The position numbers and the translations under genes are program-made. This document shows, in pieces, positions 59,058-64,000 of a stretch of 64,000 nt of DNA. The notes under the pieces were generated by a model. That model did not search any database and was not told the DNA's origin. It worked only from the letters and a program-made list of their open reading frames with translations. Positions within the stretch are counted from its first letter, which is position 1. The number at the start of each line of letters is the position of its first letter. Source of the stretch: Kaistella sp. (lineage in GTDB: Bacteria; Bacteroidota; Bacteroidia; Flavobacteriales; Weeksellaceae). The stretch lies in assembly GCA_019104935.1 (NCBI GenBank), contig JAHRWY010000265.1, positions 2,485 to 66,484 on the forward strand. Reading direction: 5' to 3'.

Positions 59058-59152
59058 ATAATTAAATTTTTGCAAAAGTATAAAATTAGGCGACATAAAA
59101 AAGAGATTTTGTCGCTGAGTTTCAATAAACTTTGATTTTTATTTCAAAATTT

Positions 59153-60181
59153 TCAAGAACCATTTCTCAAAAACCATTCCACAAACTTTTTTATGCCATT
59201 TTGGAATCTTGTGGTAGGGTGATAGCCTATTAATGTCTTCGCTTTGGTAATATCTGCATTGGTTTTATGTACATCCCCGGGCTGCATTGGCAGAATTTTT
59301 TTGCGTGGTTTTTTTTCCAGGTGTTCTTCAATTCCGGCAAGCATTTCTTCCAGATTAATGACTTCATTTTCACCCAGATTGATGATTTCGTACACCTCTT
59401 TATTCTTATCCAGATACTGAATCGATTTCATGATTCCATCAATAATATCATCAATATAAGTATAGTCTCGGGAGGTGGAACCGTCGCCGTAGAAAGGGAT
59501 TTCTTTGTTTTCACTTATCAGCTTCGTGAATTTGTGAATGGCAAGATCGGGTCTCTGCCGCGGACCGTAAACCGTGAAAAACCGGAGGTGAATCATATCG
59601 ATACCATAAAGATGATGATAAACATGGCCAAGAATTTCAGTGCATTTTTTTGTCGCAGCATAGGGTGAAATCGGCCGGTCTACATTATCGGTTTCGGAGA
59701 AAGGAATTTTGATGTTGTTTCCGTAAATGCTTGAGCTTGAAGCTGAAATGAATTTATTAATTTTAAATTCCTTACAAATTTCCCAAAGATTCATGGTGCC
59801 TTTCACGTTCACTTCTTCGTATTCCAACGGGTTTTCTATGGAAGGTCGCACGCCGGCCAGCGCTGCCAAATGAATTACACCATCAATTTTATGTTTGGCG
59901 AAAATTTTTTCGAGTCCTTCCTTGTCCCTAATGTCTTGATAATAAAGCTGATAATGCTTGGTGGAGGTTTCGAAAATAAGTTTCTGGATATCGTGTTCTT
60001 TATTATGGAATGAAAATTCAAAAGGTTTACCAACAGATTCCAAAGCATTCCGGATTTTTATCCTATAATCATAAAAATCATCAAAATTGTCAATATTAAT
60101 GACAGAATGTCTGTTTTTTAATAAATGCTCTACCAAATGCGAACCGATAAATCCGCTTCCTCCGGTAACTAGATATTTCAT
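59153..60181 (-). CDS. NAD-dependent epimerase/dehydratase (UDP-glucuronate 4-epimerase-like)
   Basis: TGGSGFIG, HLAALAGVRPS, SSSSIYG, YAATK, RFFTVYGP.QRPD, QPGDV; start set at ATG 60181. Confidence 0.9.
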   Translation of the reverse strand: MKYLVTGGSGFIGSHLVEHLLKNRHSVINIDNFDDFYDYRIKIRNALESVGKPFEFSFHNKEHDIQKLIFETSTKHYQLYYQDIRDKEGLEKIFAKHKIDGVIHLAALAGVRPSIENPLEYEEVNVKGTMNLWEICKEFKINKFISASSSSIYGNNIKIPFSETDNVDRPISPYAATKKCTEILGHVYHHLYGIDMIHLRFFTVYGPRQRPDLAIHKFTKLISENKEIPFYGDGSTSRDYTYIDDIIDGIMKSIQYLDKNKEVYEIINLGENEVINLEEMLAGIEEHLEKKPRKKILPMQPGDVHKTNADITKAKTLIGYHPTTRFQNGIKKFVEWFLRNGS

Positions 60182-60245
60182 CTTTGGTTTATTTAGTACA
60201 AATTTAATTAAATTCAAATCATTATTTTTACTGAAATATTATAAT

Positions 60246-61037
60246 ATGCAGTTCTCTGGACAAATCCTGAAAATGACAACGCAAAACGCGAAACCCATTC
60301 AATATTTCCTTAATCTGTCGAATGATCTCATCAATATGAATCAGCTGATCGGTAAAAACCTTAAGTTGAAACATATCGGCTACGAGTGCGTGAACTGCGG
60401 CAGTGAAGAAAAGATTTACAGGATGGGATTCTGCAAAAAATGTTTTTTCGAAAGTCCGTATGCCAGTGATACGATCATCCGCCCGGAACTCTCAACCGCT
60501 CACCTGGGAATTGGCGAACGGGATTTGGAAGTGGAAAAATCCATACAGCTGCAGCCGCATATCGTGTATCTCGCCTATACCGGAGATGTGAAAGTGGGTG
60601 TTACGCGCGAAAGCCAGATTCCAACACGGTGGATTGATCAGGGGGCAACTTTTGCGCTTCCGATTGCCAAAACCGAGAACCGCTACGAAGCCGGAATGAT
60701 AGAAGTGGCGCTGAAAGAGCATTTGGCGGATAAAACCAACTGGCGTAAAATGCTGGAAGATGATTTCGAGGATGATTTGGATCTTGCCGACTTCCGCGAA
60801 AAAATTAAAGATTATTTCCCAGAAAACTTCAAAAACTTTTATTCCCTGGAACATGAAATGCTTCGTTTGGATTATCCTTATGAAGCTCCGGAAAAAATAA
60901 ATTCATTTACCTTAGATAAAAAACCTGAATTTGAAGGCGTTTTGCGCGGTATTAAAGGCCAGTATCTCTCCTTTGAAGGTGGTAATTTCATGAACGTGAG
61001 AGGGCATGAAGGGTATGTGGTGAGTCTGGATATTTAG
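60246..61037 (+). CDS. DUF2797 domain protein
   Basis: CVNC...CKKC, PHIVYLA, KVGVTR..QIPTRWIDQGA, GIKGQYL; start set at ATG 60246. Confidence 0.85.
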   Translation: MQFSGQILKMTTQNAKPIQYFLNLSNDLINMNQLIGKNLKLKHIGYECVNCGSEEKIYRMGFCKKCFFESPYASDTIIRPELSTAHLGIGERDLEVEKSIQLQPHIVYLAYTGDVKVGVTRESQIPTRWIDQGATFALPIAKTENRYEAGMIEVALKEHLADKTNWRKMLEDDFEDDLDLADFREKIKDYFPENFKNFYSLEHEMLRLDYPYEAPEKINSFTLDKKPEFEGVLRGIKGQYLSFEGGNFMNVRGHEGYVVSLDI

Positions 61038-61081
61038 AATTGTGGTTTTTCGAACTTTCCTTTGTTTATCTGAAGGCTTGA

Positions 61082-61097
61082 TTGGCACAGAATTTAA
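61082..61097 (+). promoter_or_regulatory. sigma54-like -24 element with a weak -12
   Basis: TTGGCAC-AGAAT-TTAA, 11 nt upstream of ATG 61109. Confidence 0.3.
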
Positions 61098-61108
61098 TCT
61101 TCAAAAAA

Positions 61109-63760
61109 ATGAGGAAAAACTACTTTAGAATTTTACTGAGGATTTTGGGAATTATGTTTCTGCTTTTTTTGGCAGTTAATTTTGGAATTAATTTCTGGCT
61201 GAAAAGCAAACTCCCCGGGTATATTAAAAACAATTCCGATTACAAAATTTCTTACCAGTCGCTGGATGTGGATTTGGGCACCGGAAATATTTACGCCACC
61301 GGAATTTCAGTTAATAATAAAAATCCTGAAAATGAAAATGTTATAAGGTTGCAGGGAACGGTGGATACGCTTTCGGTTTCGCGGCTGGGGATTTATGATG
61401 CGCTCTTCAGGAAAAGGATTAACAGCTCTAATCTGCTTCTTAAGAATCCCAATCTCAACATCATTCTCGCAAAACCGATTGACGATAAAACAGGGAAAAA
61501 ACGGAATCCTGTGGTTTTCGAAAATCTGAAAATCAGCAGCGGCAAAATTCAGATTTTTAAACATACAAAACAGAAATTTCTTTCCGTCCAGGACCTCAAC
61601 CTTGAAGTTGAAAATCTGCAGATGACCGAAGAAGCCGTGGAAAATAAACTTCCTGTGGTTTTCGACCGTTACGATATTAACGGCAGAAATTTCTTCTTCA
61701 GACCAGATGATCTTTACGCAGTCACCACGAAATACATTATGACCAAAGACGGAAAAATGAATCTTAAGGAGTTTGCTTTAACTCCGCTTCTGTCTTACGC
61801 TAATTTCAGGAAATTTTACCCTTCAAAAAGAAATCTTTATGCTTTCAAAACTTCGGAAATGCAGTTTAAAGATATCGAACTCAACGGAAATAAAATTAGT
61901 CTTGCGAATGCCGAGTTTGAAAATCCGGAACTTAAAATTTATACCACCAATGTAAAATCGCCTGCCACGAAAAAAGATTTTAATTACGTGGTAAATATGG
62001 AAGAGGTATTGATCAACAATGCGAAAATCTCCATTCTGAAACCCGCCGGCACTCCGCTGCTGAACGTTGAAAACATCAGCCTGAACATCAGTAAATTTGT
62101 AATGAACGGCGATACCTCAAAAGAGCCGCTGCCATTTCAGTACGCAGATTTCAATATTTCAGGAAAAAACATCGGTTTTTCTTCAGAAGCTGAAAACGTA
62201 AAGATTGCTGCAATGGCACTCACTCCAAAATCTGCAGAACTCAGCAGTTTTTCTATAAAACCTACCGTTTCCAAATCAGACAATACGCTTTTGGATTTAA
62301 CGGCTCAAAAGGTAAAGCTGCAGATCAATGAGTTGAAATTTGTGGAAAACAGACTGAAACTTAATGTACAGGACGTTCTGATCAACAGTCTGAACGGAAA
62401 AATTATTGCCGGGACAAACAAGAATAAAAAGAAACCGGACTTCAGATCAATTTATTTTCCGCTGACGGTTAAGAATCTCTCCTTAAAAAACTCGAATCTG
62501 ATAGTTGGTAAAGGGAATAATCCTTTAATTTTTAAAGATTTAAATGCGACGGTTCAGCAGGTCGAAATGAATTCGAGTACGATAAAAAATCCGGTTCCTT
62601 TTAAAACAGGTTTTTACAGTGTTACTACCAGAAATTTCAGTTACGGAACGAAATTTTATAACCTGTCGGCCTCTTTACTGAAATTCGGGAAAAATGGGGT
62701 TCAGATTTCAAATTTTGCCCTGAAGCCTAAAGTTTCCCGCGCGCAGTTCATCCGCATGATACCTGTTGAAAAGGACCTGTATGATGTGAAAGCAGATCTC
62801 ATAACACTCAATGGAAGCTGGGATTTTTTATCGCCTCACAAATTTCTGAACGCCTCGCAACTTACACTCAACGGGATGAATGCGAATATTTTCCGCAGCA
62901 AAATTCCGAAAGATGATATGGCAGAAAAACCGCTGTACTCAAAATTGCTCAGAAGTATTGGGTTTCCTTTATATATTCAGAATACGGATATTAAAAATTC
63001 GGTTTTGGTTTATGAAGAAGATACGCATAAGAGCGACGGACCGGGCAAACTCACTTTTAATCATTTCAATATGAATGTGAAAAACCTGAACTCCGGCAAA
63101 ATGAAGGGAAAACCAACCCAGATTCCTGTAAATATCACCTGTTTGTTTATGAATGCTTCCCCAATGAACGTAAAATGGAGTTTGGATACCGCCAGCATGA
63201 CCGATAATTTCTCGATTTCGGGAAATATTGCTGATTTGCCCGCGTCACGGGTGAACCCTTTTATTGAGCCTTATCTTAAAATTCGTGCCACGGGTTTAAT
63301 TTCGGATCTCATTTTCAGTTTTAAAGGCAACAACAGAGGCCTGAACGGAACTTTAAATATGAAACATAAAGACTTAAGAGTTTCGATATTAAAACCAACG
63401 GGCGAAAAAGATAAAGTTCTTTCCGCTGTAGCAAATATTTTTGTGAAGACAGATTCCGGTAAATATCCGGATTCGGTTCCTGTGGATAATGTGGAACGCG
63501 ATCCTGCAAAATCGTTTTTTAACCTTTTCTGGAAAGGCATCGAACTGGGTCTGAAGAAAACCCTGATTGGGAAAAATGCGGAAAATACCGAAAAAACAGT
63601 GAAAACTACAGTTGAAAATACAAAAGCTGCACTGGAGCAGAATAAGGCCGATTTGAAAGAAACAAAACAGGAAGTAAAAGAAAAAGTACAGCAAACAAAG
63701 GAAAATATGAAGGAAAAAGGTATTTTCCGGAATCTTTTCAGAAAAAAATCCGAAAACTAA
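61109..63760 (+). CDS. AsmA/DUF748-like inner-membrane-anchored repetitive beta-groove protein
   Basis: N-terminal TM anchor, repeated beta-rich units (L.NP.L.I, ENL.I..G/S, L...V.NL, P..F..Y.I.GRNF), SFFNLFW, charged tail. Confidence 0.7.
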   Translation: MRKNYFRILLRILGIMFLLFLAVNFGINFWLKSKLPGYIKNNSDYKISYQSLDVDLGTGNIYATGISVNNKNPENENVIRLQGTVDTLSVSRLGIYDALFRKRINSSNLLLKNPNLNIILAKPIDDKTGKKRNPVVFENLKISSGKIQIFKHTKQKFLSVQDLNLEVENLQMTEEAVENKLPVVFDRYDINGRNFFFRPDDLYAVTTKYIMTKDGKMNLKEFALTPLLSYANFRKFYPSKRNLYAFKTSEMQFKDIELNGNKISLANAEFENPELKIYTTNVKSPATKKDFNYVVNMEEVLINNAKISILKPAGTPLLNVENISLNISKFVMNGDTSKEPLPFQYADFNISGKNIGFSSEAENVKIAAMALTPKSAELSSFSIKPTVSKSDNTLLDLTAQKVKLQINELKFVENRLKLNVQDVLINSLNGKIIAGTNKNKKKPDFRSIYFPLTVKNLSLKNSNLIVGKGNNPLIFKDLNATVQQVEMNSSTIKNPVPFKTGFYSVTTRNFSYGTKFYNLSASLLKFGKNGVQISNFALKPKVSRAQFIRMIPVEKDLYDVKADLITLNGSWDFLSPHKFLNASQLTLNGMNANIFRSKIPKDDMAEKPLYSKLLRSIGFPLYIQNTDIKNSVLVYEEDTHKSDGPGKLTFNHFNMNVKNLNSGKMKGKPTQIPVNITCLFMNASPMNVKWSLDTASMTDNFSISGNIADLPASRVNPFIEPYLKIRATGLISDLIFSFKGNNRGLNGTLNMKHKDLRVSILKPTGEKDKVLSAVANIFVKTDSGKYPDSVPVDNVERDPAKSFFNLFWKGIELGLKKTLIGKNAENTEKTVKTTVENTKAALEQNKADLKETKQEVKEKVQQTKENMKEKGIFRNLFRKKSEN

Positions 63761-63769
63761 TTTTCGGAT
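63748..63769. terminator. hairpin between convergent genes
   Basis: atccgaaaa-ctaa-ttttcggat, overlapping the stop codon. Confidence 0.55.
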
Positions 63770-63776
63770 ATATGTG

Positions 63777-63998
63777 TTATTCTAAAATAAAATCTTCACT
63801 CTCATTTATCGGAATGCTTCTCAGGAAATTATCGAATTCTTCTCCTGTATAATTACTTTCAGCGCCATAAGAATCAATGATGATCGAGTGTAAACCATTT
63901 TTATCCTGAAGTACATACAGCACCGCATTGTCTTCCGGATTGCTGTCCCCTTCAAATCGGTAAGATTTTATGATGGATAAATCGGTTGGCTCATAGGC
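63777..63998 (-). CDS. partial conserved Bacteroidota hypothetical protein (YRFEGxSxPxD family), 5' truncated by the window edge
   Basis: Not in the ORF track. Reads AYEPTDLSIIKSYRFEGDSNPEDNAVLYVLQDKNGLHSIIIDSYGAESNYTGEEFDNFLRSIPINESEDFILE*. Confidence 0.75.
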   Translation of the reverse strand, partial: AYEPTDLSIIKSYRFEGDSNPEDNAVLYVLQDKNGLHSIIIDSYGAESNYTGEEFDNFLRSIPINESEDFILE

Positions 63999-64000
63999 GA

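Noticed and set aside
63777-63998. Label 'phosphoribosylpyrophosphate synthetase', which I recall for the YRFEG family
   Set aside because: The visible fragment has no PRPP-synthetase motifs.

Overview
A gene-dense, roughly 40% GC core-chromosome segment from a Bacteroidota (Flavobacteriia) bacterium, most likely Weeksellaceae (Kaistella/Chryseobacterium-like). The assignment rests on GLPGLI-family genes, a T9SS type-A CTD protein, an S46 peptidase, DUF2795 beside secA, TAnnTTTG (-7) promoters and A-rich start contexts without Shine-Dalgarno sites. In order, the window holds: an outer-membrane barrel fragment with two GLPGLI genes and dinB; feoA-feoB plus a Cys-rich peptide missing from the ORF track; glmM; a TPR protein; clpC; GT4-sufE-GT9; tolC-sprT-manC; spmAB; a PA0069-type radical SAM; a prolyl oligopeptidase; mutL-rhomboid-EEP-lipoproteins; GH3; a DUF4382-like lipoprotein; a bacilliredoxin; the dcw cluster (mraZ to ftsZ-yqeY); engB-elaA; a T9SS beta-propeller; DPP7; msrA; a ROK kinase; secA; DUF2795; an epimerase; DUF2797; and an AsmA-like protein. 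I saw no tRNA, rRNA, CRISPR array, IS, prophage or defence island, and I cannot point to a clearly new system. The best leads are a MutL lacking its endonuclease motifs, the barrel plus GLPGLI module with an ECF-type promoter, candidate sigma54-type promoters with a TGMC-N5-GKCA palindrome at stress genes, leaderless mraZ with MraZ and DnaA-like boxes, and a ROK kinase without its zinc cysteines. All family calls come from motif recognition and memory; no database search was run.
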